Below, in pieces: positions 22,944 through 33,650 of a DNA stretch of 37,339 bases. Source of the DNA: Chiloscyllium plagiosum. Lineage: Eukaryota. The stretch spans positions 101,511,764-101,549,102 of the forward strand of contig NC_057718.1 in NCBI RefSeq assembly GCF_004010195.1. Reading direction: 5' to 3'. Both the position numbers and the translations under genes were made by a program. Each line of letters opens with the position of its first letter. Within the stretch, counting starts at the first letter, position 1. The notes beneath the pieces are model-generated. The model was not told the origin of the DNA. It did no database searches and saw only the letters and a list, made by a program, of their open reading frames with translations.

Positions 22944-23048
22944 CAGAGGTCACACAACACCAGGTTATAGTCCAACAGGTTTATTTAAAATAATGTGTGA
23001 CTTCTGGCTTTGTCTTCCCCAGTTCTACACTGGCACCTCCACATCATG
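22944..23048 (+). mobile_element. Short family A PLE remnant lacking the ribozyme
   Basis: cacacaacaccaggttatagtccaacagg and ggcacctccacatcatg; flanks cctctcacagt / cctcccacagt. Confidence 0.75.
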
Positions 23049-23682
23049 CCTCCCACAGTTGGCACAGATCGGCAGTGTTGACCCTGAAGTTGACTAAGGT
23101 CTCTTTATTTCTGGTGGCTTTACTTCTCAGCTGTTTACTCTAGTCTATTGTCCTCTGCATTTTCCACCCCTTCCCTGTTTGCTACTCTCTAGTCTCTGTG
23201 GGGGAATAATGAGGGATTCCCATACACTGACCCTGAGTTTGGTTTATTTGAGGTCTTACCTTGCTAACCGCCTTGTCGGAGATATGGGATGAACTGTGGG
23301 GTTTGTGTCAACAGCCAGCTCGCCACGGGGCACATCTTTGGAGTCGCAGCCTGCGTGACCCAGTTATTGGTGTAGGTAAAGCTGACTCAAGATTGTAGAG
23401 AAGCTGGGGAGCTCCACATGTTCTTGCACAGCCGTATTCCATAGGAGTGGTACATTGCAATCATCTTATTCTTAATCTGATTAAAAACTGCACGTGATTG
23501 GAAATTGGTTGCTTGCAAGTGTATGGTTCCTGTTAGTCTCTGCAACTCATACACTTTGGGGTTAGAACAATCATAGCAAAGGGCTGATGCAGACTCTGTC
23601 ATCATTGCTACAAGACATTGCAACCTAATGTTTCAAAGATTGAGCCAATAAGAATGTAGCTCAGTGAGGATCCTTTATCTCA

Positions 23683-23976
23683 TTAGAATCCCTACAGAGT
23701 GAAAGCAAGCCATTTGGCCCATCGAGTCTATACCGAAGAGCATCCCACCCAGACCTATCCCCCTACCCTATCCCTAATCCAACTCTGGACACTATGGGCA
23801 ATCCATCCTAACCTGCACATCTTTGGCCTGTGGGAGGAAACCGGAGCACCCAGAGGAAACCCATGCAGGCACGGAGAGAATGTGCAAACTCCACACAGAC
23901 AATCACCCGAGGCTGGAATTGAATCTGGGTCCCTGGCGCTGTGAGGCAGCAGTGCTAACCACTGAGCCACCGTGCC
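23683..23976 (-). mobile_element. HE1-type V-SINE
   Basis: Reverse complement of the tRNA head and V domain (tgggaggaaaccggagcacccagaggaaacccatgcag). Confidence 0.9.
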
Positions 23977-24759
23977 ATTCCTCCACCACTGGAAGTGGCC
24001 TGACATTTTATTGAGTTCAAAACAGCAACAACAACAACAGCCCTCATTTACGTTGCACCTTAGAATGTATCAATGTTCATCCCCAGCGAGAATGTTGTCA
24101 ACTGAGACAAGCAACGTACCTTGAGTCAAGGACTTCAGCTCAAGTGTGGGACTTCAGCTCAGCATAACATGGCTAACTAACTCCGGGGAAAATGTGCCGA
24201 CCTACTTGGGTTGGCATGAAAGATCCGCAAAGGAATCTTAAAGGGGCAGAGCTGGCTGAATATTTTTGGCCATTACGTTTCCCTCAACCAGCGCCAGGAC
24301 AGCAAGTTAATGGGAGAAGGCGTGTGTTTGGCAGGATAATTATGGACTGAGTGAGAGAAAATGAGCCACAATGATTGTGTGAGTGTAAAAGCTAGAGTTC
24401 CAGACATTGATTCCTAGGATGAGAGGGCAGCATCTTCAAAGGTAGCCCACTGAAAGTGAGGAAATGAGCTGAAAAACGGTTCAATTTCTGCTCTTGAAAA
24501 TCAGTAAAACGTTCTGTGAGAATCCCAAGCAGGCGCTCCTATTTATTTCCTTTTTTGCCGATAATTCTGGTTAGAATTTACCGTGGCTGAAATTTTGCAA
24601 ATGCTTGTGAACCAGCCAATGAAATCCGAAATGTGAATGAACATCAGGATCTGTTTAGAATCAGCCGCTTAAAATATATGTCAACTAATGAGGAACAGGG
24701 ATTTCGACATGTGTGGCCCACCAAAGCCCGACGTTTCCTTTTGGCTTGTATGTCAGCTG

Positions 24760-25137
24760 TGGCTTACTTGGCAGCACCCACTTCTCTGAGGCACAAGGTC
24801 ATGGGTTCAAGTCCCACTACAGGCCTTGAGCACTCAGATATAGACAGACCCACCAGTGCATTGCTGAAGGGCTGTTGCAATGTCAGAGGAGCTGTCTTTT
24901 GGATTGGGCAGAAAGTCAGTGCCCTCTCAAGCGGATGCAAAAGATCCTGTAGCCAAAATTTTGAAGGAGAGCAGGAGGACATCCCCCTGACCCCCTTCCC
25001 CCGGGGCCCTGTACAACATTGATCCATCCGTCAGCATTACAAACACTCAACTGGTGCTCCTTCTCTGAGCCTGCTGCATCTCCTACATTGCAACAGTTCT
25101 AAAACTGCTTCTTTGGCTCTAACATAAACTTTTAGAT
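24760..25137 (+). mobile_element. SacSINE1/Deu-like SINE
   Basis: tgggttcaagtcccact...cttgagcac...gctgtcttttgga...ttttgaaggagagcagg...tcctacattgcaacag. Confidence 0.65.
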
Positions 25138-25469
25138 TGTTATGGACCAGGCCCGACCCCTCAAAACATTTTTAAGCAGGTAGCCCAGACCGTAGCTTTG
25201 CTGTTTGTTTCAGGTAAGTGTATAGTGGACATTCCCGGATGTGAATTAGCTGGTCAGGCTGCAAAGTTTTAGACAAACATAATTACGGAATGAAACACAA
25301 CAAACCGAAAATAGAATACCCGACAAACGTATCCCATCCGAACCCAACAAGCTATCCTGACTTAGTGATGCTGTTGGGAGAAAGTGAGGACTGCAGATGC
25401 TGGCGATCAGAGCTGAAAAATGTGTTGCTGGAAAAGCGCAGCAGGTCAGGCAGCATCCAAGGAACAGGA

Positions 25470-25507
25470 GAATCGACGTTTCAGGCATAAGCCCTTCATC
25501 AGGAATC
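25470..25507 (-). ncRNA. Minimal type I hammerhead motif (GUC site)
   Basis: Minus strand GATTC CTGATGA A GGGC ttat GCCT GAAA CG TC GATTC. Confidence 0.68.
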
Positions 25508-25514
25508 AGCAGGA

Positions 25515-25547
25515 GAATCGACGTTTCGGGCATAAGCCCTTCTTCAG
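25515..25547 (-). ncRNA. Second minimal hammerhead core (stem I 5' arm lost)
   Basis: Minus strand CTGAAGA A GGGC ttat GCCC GAAA CG TC GATTC. Confidence 0.55.
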
Positions 25548-26316
25548 CATCAGTGATGCTGTTCCAAACTACTTGGAGCAGTCCCAATAAACAAACCCCT
25601 GAGCACGAAGAGTAAAAATAACACAAAAAGTTGGCAGGTTACAAAGTCAGAAGGGCAGAAGGAGAGAGAGAACCGGCTGGACTTGCTCCAGTAACCTTTC
25701 TTCACACACACACTGCTACTGAACTGAACTAAAAAGCTCAGTTGCTGCCACTGGCCGCTCCCCTTTCATTATGCACGTTATTTTTAAACATGGAAGTCTT
25801 CTGCCTGAGGCAGTATCTGCTCGCCAGTGTCTGTAGTCTAACGGGCCCTAAAGTCTATCCGAACTCTCAGACATTTTGGAGTCTGAGCTGTTTACAGCCT
25901 CTCTGAAAAAGGTCAAGGATGACATCACCTTGTCAGAATGAGCAGCCTCATCACAAGATGTGGACATGGCGGAATGGGCAGGGTGTTTCTGAAGAGGATG
26001 GGTAAATGAATGAGGTAGGTAGGATGGTGGTTGTGGATATTGGCAGGAACACGGGAGGGGGTACGGTGATTGAGAAAGACAGTGCAGATCCATTTCCAAT
26101 AGTGTCAAACTTTGCACACCTTGATGAAAAGGACATCAAAACAATGGCTCAGATTTTCCAGTCAGACACTGTACGTAGGATCCGGGATGTTTTTTGGGAT
26201 CTCACAGAGTGCTGACCTATACGGAGTCCCCCAGGAGAGCTTGACCTTCCATCAGGCAGTTACCCTGCTCCAAGGGACCCTCAGAAAATGTGTCTGACAG
26301 TCTCTGAGTTAGAGTA

Positions 26317-26554
26317 ATAGAATCCCTACGGTATGAAAGCAGGCCCTTCAGCCCATTGAATCCACACCGGCCCTCCAAAGAGCATCCCACCTAGATCCAG
26401 CCCCCGACCCTATCTCTGTAACCCTGCATTTCCCATGATCAATCCACCTAACCTGGACATTTTGGGACTGTGGGAGGAATCCGGAACACACAGGTAGTCA
26501 CCCAAGGGTGGAGTTGAACCTGGGTTCCTGGCACTGTGAGACAGCAGCGCTAAC
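26317..26554 (-). mobile_element. V-SINE (internally deleted), head interrupted by another SINE
   Basis: Matches 23683-23976; the head continues at 26881 (taaccactga). Confidence 0.8.
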
Positions 26555-26880
26555 ATGGTGGCATAGTGGTTAGCACTGCTGCCTCACAGCAGCAGAGACC
26601 CGGGTTCAATTCCCGCCTCGGGCAACTGTCTGCATGGAGTTTGCACTTTTTCCCCGTGTCTGTGTGGGTTTCTTCCGAGTGCTCTGGTTTCCTCCCATAG
26701 TCCAAGGATGTGTAGGTTAGGTGAATTGGCCAGACTCAATTGCCCGTAGTGTTAGGTGCATTAGTCAGGCGTAAATGTAGGGGAATGGGTCTGGGTGGGT
26801 TGCTCTTCAGAGGGTCGGTGTGGACTTGTTGGGCCGAAGGGCCTGTTTCCACACTGTAGGGAATCTAATCTGATCTAATC
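26555..26880 (+). mobile_element. HE1-type V-SINE, near full length
   Basis: tggcatagtggttagcac, gggttcaattccc, V domain, (aatct)n tail. Confidence 0.92.
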
Positions 26881-27115
26881 TAACCACTGATTTGCAGCAG
26901 TTCCAATAACCCTATATACAGATAGTTACCCAGAGAATTATAGACACATTCAAACCAAGTCCAACTCCTGAATATCTACTGAACTGACCTCCCAATCACT
27001 CATGCTGATTGCAACCTCCACACAACTTACCCCCTCAACAATACTCCCTCGACCCCTTGTCCCCACCCCACGACCACTGGCTCCCAAGCTAACCCCCCAC
27101 CCCACCACCCATTAA

Positions 27116-27117
27116 NN
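27116..27117. other. Ambiguous bases (nn) in a C-rich tract
   Basis: Seen directly; may hide an assembly gap. Confidence 0.95.
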
Positions 27118-27234
27118 AACACCCTGCCCATTCCGCCATGTGCACACCTAAACACCCCTGTGACTGCTCGTGCTGAACAGGGTGGAGGTGGATCGGCCTA
27201 CTCCCGACCCTCCAGCACTTTGTGGAAGCTCTTC

Positions 27235-27670
27235 CCAGAAAGCAGGAGCTGGAGGAGGCCATTCGGCCCTTCCAGCCTGCTGTGCGGTTCATCTGCACAT
27301 GGCCGGTCATAACTCAGTCCCCTGTTCCCGCTTCTTCCCTGTACCTTTTGATCCCTTTTGCCCAAGGAACTGTACCTAACCCCTTCTTGAAAACATTCAA
27401 TATTTTGGCCACTTTCTGTGGCAGAGGATTCCACAGGCTCTCTGAGTGAAGGAATCTCTCCTCATCTTAGTCCGAAATGGCCTACCCCGTATCCTTTCAC
27501 TGTGACCCCTGGTCCTGGGCTCCCCACACAGTCTTTCCTGCATTTAGGAATGTTATAGATTTCTATGGGACCCCTCCCCATCCACCTGATTCTTCTAAAC
27601 ACCAGTGAATGCCGTCTGAACTGATTCAGTCTCTCTTCATACAACAGTCCCGCTGTCCTGGGGATAAGTC
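27235..27670 (-). mobile_element. Old CR1 3' fragment
   Basis: ORF 27462-27644 (YEERLNQFRRHSLVFRRIR); ggaggaggccattcggccc. Confidence 0.75.
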
Positions 27671-28785
27671 GTGGGACTGCAGACGCTGTATTTCTGAAGA
27701 ACTGGACGTCGGAAACCCTAATCAGAAACGAGGAGCACCCTCATTGCGGCGGGTGGGGAAATGTGTTGCAGAAAAATCAGAAGAATAGAAAACCGACAGT
27801 GACTGCCCCCTTCGTGGAAGGTCCAGGCTGACATATCGGGGCCAAGGGGCCCAGTTTAGCAATTTGTCTCAAATTGAATGTGCTTTTTTATTGAAGCATT
27901 TTAAAAAATGGGCCACCATCCAGGAATGCAATGCAGCGTGAAACAAATAGCACATGCGGTATAAACACAAACAGTGCAGAGATCAAAGAGGAAATTTGAG
28001 AAAATGGGAACTTCTGGCCCATTGGTTAAATTCCCAACATTGTAATTAACAAGCAGTCAGTTGCTCGGAGGCAAAAATGTTTAAACACTTTTGTGGTTGA
28101 TTAGCTGGAAAAGCCCAGATAAATGCTGGATGAAGGAACGTGTTTGTACGTGGAAGACTCAAATTATACTGGCGTTTTCTTTCTTTGTCACTCAGAGACA
28201 GATGAGTGAGCTGTTTGGAAGAAGTGACGGTTCATTCAAAGTGACGAGGTGTTTTGTTGTTTCTTTGTTTGGCCCGCAGGAGTTGGATGAACTTGCATGA
28301 CACAGTACAGCCAACCCATTGGCCAATTGTACAGCAGTGCAGATGTACTTTTGTAGTTCTGCACTTTCACCTGTCATCACAGAGCATGTTGACATTTTAC
28401 AGAGCACAGCAGACCTTTGAAGTTAGTGCATTCTGATCAGGAACCTTATGGAGAGATGCTCCCCTCAATCCCCCAGACTAATCTGTTTGTCACAGGCAAT
28501 GGAAATATTAACTACATAAAAGCTTTCGATCCAATATGTTCACTAGTGATTGGTGATGGCTCTATCTTTGAAAAAAAAATCCACTTACCTTTTCTGAATA
28601 TAACAAAACCTACATGTACCTGAGGGAACCAACTGCTCATCCCACAATGCATCTATCCACTTGCAAGATTCAATTGTGAATTGTGTCTGTGTTTTGTGTA
28701 TGGACTAGGTGCACAGTGTATTTACATAGCATACCTTAGGAAGGATATATTGGCCTTGGAGGGAGTACAGTGTAGGTTTACAAGA

Positions 28786-29175
28786 GTCACATGGTCTAAG
28801 GTTCAAGTCCCACTCCAGGACTTGAGCATAACATTCGGGGCTCCCACTGCTGTACAGTACTGAGGGAAAGCTGTACTGTCGGAGCTTGTGTGAGGAGTGG
28901 CCACAACTGAGGCCTTGTGCCTATTTGAGTGGATGCAAATGATCCCAAAGCACTATTTCCAGGAAATTATTCCTTGGTATCTCAGCCAATATCGAGCACT
29001 CGGTCAACTCCTCGAAAAAAGAAAGCAGATCTTCCAGTCATTATCATACCGCAGTTTCTGGGAGCTTGCTGCATGCATATTGGTCACTACATGTCCCTCA
29101 TCTCAACAGTGACCACATTTCTGAAATATTCGATCATGAAGCACTTTGAGACATCCAGTGGTCGGGAATGGTGTT
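28786..29175 (+). mobile_element. SacSINE1/Deu-like SINE
   Basis: ggttcaagtcccactccaggacttgagcat...cagtactgagggaaagctgtactgtcggag...aagcactttgagacatcc. Confidence 0.7.
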
Positions 29176-29177
29176 AC

Positions 29178-29980
29178 AGAACATACAACATAGAACATTC
29201 CAGCGCAGTATAGGCCCTTCGGTCCTCGATGTTGCACTGACCTGTGGAACCAATCCGAAGCTCATCTAACCTACACTATTCCATTTTCATTCATACGTTT
29301 ATCCAATGACAAAATTCAATGCCCTTAAAGTTGGTGAGTCTCCTACTGTTGCAGGTAGTGCGTTCCACGCCCCTACTACTTTCTGAGTAAAGAAACTACC
29401 TCTGACATCTGGCCTGTGTCTATCGCCCCTCAATTTATCGCTATGTCCCCTCGTGCTAACCATCACCATCCGAAGATAAGGCTGTCACTGTCCACCCTAT
29501 CTAACCCTCTGATTATCTAATGTGTCTCAATTATGTCATCTCTCAACTTTCTTCTCTCTAACAAAAACATCCACAAGACCCTCAGCCTTTCCTCATAAGA
29601 CCTTCCGTCCAAACCAGGCAACATCCGAGTAAATCTCCTGTGAACCCTTTCCAACACTTCCACATCCTCCCTATAATGCAGTGACCAGAACTGTATGCAA
29701 TTCTCCAAATGTGGCCGCACCAGAATTTTGTATAGCTGAAGTATGATCTCATGGCTCCGAAACTCAGTCCCTCTACCAATAAAAACTAACACATTGTATG
29801 CCTTCTTAACAACCTTATCAACCTGTGTGGCAACTTTCAGGGATCTATGTATATGGACACCGAGATCTCCCAGCTCATCTACACTACCAAGAATCTTACC
29901 ATTAGCAAGTACTCTGATTTCCTGTTGCTCCTTCCAAAGTAAATCACCTCACACTTTGCTGCATTAATCGCCATTTGCCA
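29178..29980 (-). mobile_element. CR1 LINE 3' fragment
   Basis: ORF 29517-29792 (LYKILVRPHLENCIQFWS...LERVHRRFTRMLPGL..SYEERL). Confidence 0.9.
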
Positions 29981-30324
29981 GAAATGGAAGTTTTTTTAGC
30001 ATCTACTGTCTGAATGCCTTCACTTCCCATGTGTTTGGATCCTTTATAAAGTGAGTTTGTGTTTCACATTTGTCTTGCTATGTTTTGCACGTTGCTCTTT
30101 TCTTCAACACGGCCTGTGTTGGTCACAGCTTAGAAGGATAGTCTTGCACTGGTGTACGGAGATTACCACCGGTGAATCCGCTTCTATGCCGACTCTTGAT
30201 CAGTTTAGAAAGTCCGAGTGAGCCGGGGATGTGCCCGATATCAGGCAGCTAGTTTCGGCCGTGTCAGCCCAACTGGCTGATTCATGGCTGCTATTCCCCC
30301 AGAATCTGAACAAAAAGGGCTCCT

Positions 30325-30760
30325 CTGGAGTACGGTGTCCAGTTCTGGTCGCCCTGTTACAGGAAGGTTATTATCAAGCTGGTGAAGGTTCATAAGAGAT
30401 TTACCAGGATGCTGCCAGGAATGGAGAGTTCAAGTTAAAGGGAGAGGCTGGGATAGGCTGGGACTTCTTTCACTGGAATGTAGGAGGTTGAGGGGTGACC
30501 TTACTGAGGTTTATAAAATCATGAGGGATGTAGATAAAGTGAGCGGCAGGTGTCTTTTCCCTGGAGTCAGGGATTTCAAGACTATGGGTTATACTGGTTT
30601 GTGTGTGGAATGAACTTTGTGAGCAAATGGTGGATGTGGGTACAGTTACAACGTTGAAAACACTTTTGGATAAATACTTGAATAAGAAATGTTTGGAGGG
30701 ATATGAGCCAAGTGCAGGCAGGTGGGATGAGCTTATCTTGGGATTGTGGTCAGCATGGCT
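30325..30760 (+). mobile_element. CR1 LINE 3' fragment
   Basis: ctggagtacggtgtccagttctggtcgccc (LEYGVQFWSP); VWNEL..VDVGTVTT. Confidence 0.85.
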
Positions 30761-32669
30761 TCAAAGGTCATTGGCGCATGTTTCTCTCTGGGTTTAGCAG
30801 AGTGCACTGACTTTTGAAGTGGAAGATGTCATTATATTTTACACATCACGTCTCCACAAAAGAAACTTATCCCTTAAATAACCCTCTCCTCGGGCTTGTG
30901 TGCAAAGTCAGGGGTTCAGCGGTGTAATCATTTCAATCAAAGTAGGCTGAACGATGACCTGATATGGGTCTTTCGTGTCATGAAAACGTTTGATAAAGTA
31001 AACACACAGACAATATTTCTCCTTGTGAGGGGAGACCGAGCTAACGAGTTGTTTCCAAGACTGGTTGCCTTTGGAGCCCAACATTCCCATTGGAATTTTT
31101 CTTGAGCTGCTTTATCCTGGCGAACACTCCTGCCATCAAGCTGTGAATTCAGGTTGTGTTTTCACGTTTAGGTTGGTCTTCCGAGACCTAGTGGAGTTGT
31201 ATTTCATCACTTTCTCACGTCTGGTTTCAAATAACGTTCCGTTCTGTTAGGTATCATTGTCAGACTGACAAGCCTGTGCAGTGTACTCGACAATTCCACT
31301 TGTGACAGATCAAGTGCCATCAATATTTTAAAAATGATCAGATATTCCCAGGAGAGACACAAGGACCAACTATACACCCGTGTTCGGAAACATATCCTCT
31401 CATCTGGCTGTGGTACAGAGGCCTAAGGCAGAAAATCAAGCTGATGTTCCCCCCAGAGTCTGTCAGTGATGGGCTTGTTGAATACTAAAAAATATTACAA
31501 GGTAGTAGAGTACAATCATTGCTTTGGCTAAGCTTGTGTGATGATCACAGTTCCAACCCTGGCACCCTCTATTGTGCACTAACTCTGTCTGATGGTTATT
31601 GATCTCTGTTAGCTCTGGCCCAATAAATACAAAAGGCTGACCAAAGAAATTCTCGGCACTGATATTCCTGCTGAGCTTTGAGTATTGCATCGCAACGGTC
31701 AACAAACAAATAGTTGGCTGTTTTCATTAGAGCCACGTGTTTTAGTCGGTGGATAGCAGAAGGCAATTTATTTGCCCTGGAAAGGAAATCCTTAAGTTGG
31801 TTTGTTAATGGGCTTGTTCGCAATTATTTAACACTGCGGACCTTATCATTAGTTTCTCTTTTGTGTGTTTTGAAGCAAATACCGAAACTGCTGGGTGGAA
31901 AGAAACCCTTTCCTCCAGTGCTGCTTTCAATAAAAAGCCTTAAGATTGCTCTTAACCAAAACAAAAAGGGATTGTTAGTTAAAAACTACCAAGGATGAAG
32001 TAGTGAACTAACGTTGCTTTACGTCATTTGTATTCAATTGATGGAGAGCTGAAAGCAGTACAATAGTGAGCTTTCTTCTCCATAACAGGAGATCAGCACA
32101 TCTGAGGGCTCATCTGTCTGTTTTCTTGCCCTTTGTGCCTTCTTCATAAACCACCCCAATGGCAAAGTCTGTGAAGGATGTAAATGAAACATATTGGTTC
32201 AACTCATCTTATCTTCTTCAGAATGAAGCTCCAGTGTGGGAGTTAAGTTCCAAACATGGTTGTTTCTTTTTAACTTTTATTCTGTCTGTCCCCCAGTCCC
32301 CAATCCTAGCTCCTGTAACATTGCCCCCTTCGTGATCCTCTTCGTCCCTTATGGATGGAGTGAAGGGTTGGTTTCAATTGAAGATGCAGAGGGTGGGAAG
32401 CTGATTGTAGCGAGTGCCTTTTCAGCTTGATTGGCAGTAGGGCTGGCTCATACAAGATGTGCTAGTTGGCTGGTATTTAAGGCAGGGGGATTGTAACCCC
32501 CCAGATCCTAAAATCTCAAACCTCGTCACCAAGGGTGGATGGAGAACCTGTGTCAAATTGCTGCCCCCTGGAGGCCATTGGTTTCCAGGTGAGCTGGGAG
32601 TCTCAGGCAGGAAGTGACATGGAGTCCAGGTCCAGAAGTTCTTTCTCCCTGACATTATTTTCATTGTGT

Positions 32670-32920
32670 GAGAGCATTTCTGGCGAGGCCAGTGTTTGTT
32701 GACCGGTGTACCTTGCTGCACCATTTCAGGGGACAGCTAAGCATCAGTCAGATCACCACATTGTTCTGAGTCACATGTAGGCCAGACTGGGTAAGGATGG
32801 CAGATTTCCCTCCCTAAATTACATCAGTGACCCAGGTGAGTTTTTATTTAACAACTGTTGATATATTCAAGCTTAATATTCCAGTGTAAGCATCGAACCT
32901 CATGTTCCCTGGTTCTAGTT
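32670..32920 (-). mobile_element. SINE body (family of 2668-3300)
   Basis: gagtcacatgtaggccagactgggtaaggatggcagatttccctccctaa. Confidence 0.65.
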
Positions 32921-33097
32921 GCCCCTACATAAGGAAACTACCTCTCAACATCTGTCCTGTCTGCATTTCAATCTGAGCACTGATATTCAAAGCAAACAGG
33001 ACTTTTTCCCTGCTCACATCCTGACCATTCCCAGTGAAAACCTGTCCAGTGAGGTGGGCTATTGACTCGTATCCTACATTTACCCCTTCAGCTAACA

Positions 33098-33296
33098 CTA
33101 CGGGCAATTTAGCATGGCCAGTTCACCTGAACTGCACATTTTTGGACTGTGGGAGGAAACCGGAGCACCTGGAGGAAACTCACGCAGACACAGGGAGAAT
33201 GTGCAAGCTCCACACAGACAGTTGCCTGAGGTGGGAATTGAACCCGGGTCTCTGGCACTGTGAGGCAGCAGTGCTAACCACTGTGCCACCATGCCA
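33098..33296 (-). mobile_element. HE1-type V-SINE 5' part
   Basis: Reverse complement of the tRNA head and V domain. Confidence 0.88.
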
Positions 33297-33309
33297 CTCA
33301 CAATGTCCC

Positions 33310-33650
33310 AATGGTGTCACAGTTTCTGATCAGTGGTAGTGGGGGATTCAGTGATAGTGACACCATTGAATGTCAAAGGGTAATGGTTTTGTTCTCTCCT
33401 TATGGAGATGGTCATTTCCTAATACTTACATGGCACCAATATTACCTGCCACGTGTGTTGGCCCAAGTTTGGCTATTGCCCACGTCTTGCGATGTTTCAA
33501 AAAGGACTGCTTCAATATCTGAGGAGTCGCGAATGATGCTGAACATTGTGCAATCATTGGCAAGCAAACCCACATCTGGCCTTATGACGGAGGCAAGGTC
33601 ATTGGTGAAGGAGCTGAAAATTGTTGGGAAGAGGACAATACTCTGAGGAA
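33310..33650 (-). mobile_element. Old LINE RT-region fragment
   Basis: gaatgatgctgaacattgtgcaatcattggcaa: the minus strand reads ANDCTMFSII, like the FADD region of an RT. Confidence 0.55.

Larger units (their letters stand above)
25376..25551 (-). mobile_element. PLE pLTR fragment (family B) with tandem hammerheads
   Basis: 12-bp TSD agtgatgctgtt (25364-25375, 25552-25563); 45-bp tandem unit; relatives at about 19325-19372 and 37194-37339. Confidence 0.8.
25138..25955. mobile_element. Solo LTR (about 630 bp without the PLE insert)
   Basis: TGTTATG...CATCACA termini; 4-bp TSD AGAT (25134-25137, 25956-25959). Confidence 0.7.

Noticed and set aside
23699..24014. Recurring ORFs CGRKPEHPEETHA.. 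/ VAQWLALLPHSARDP.. as a protein family
   Set aside because: Read-through of V-SINE copies (also at 19865 and 33034)
25465..25551. CRISPR-like repeats
   Set aside because: Two adjacent units with no spacer, no cas genes, vertebrate context; explained by the PLE tandem duplication
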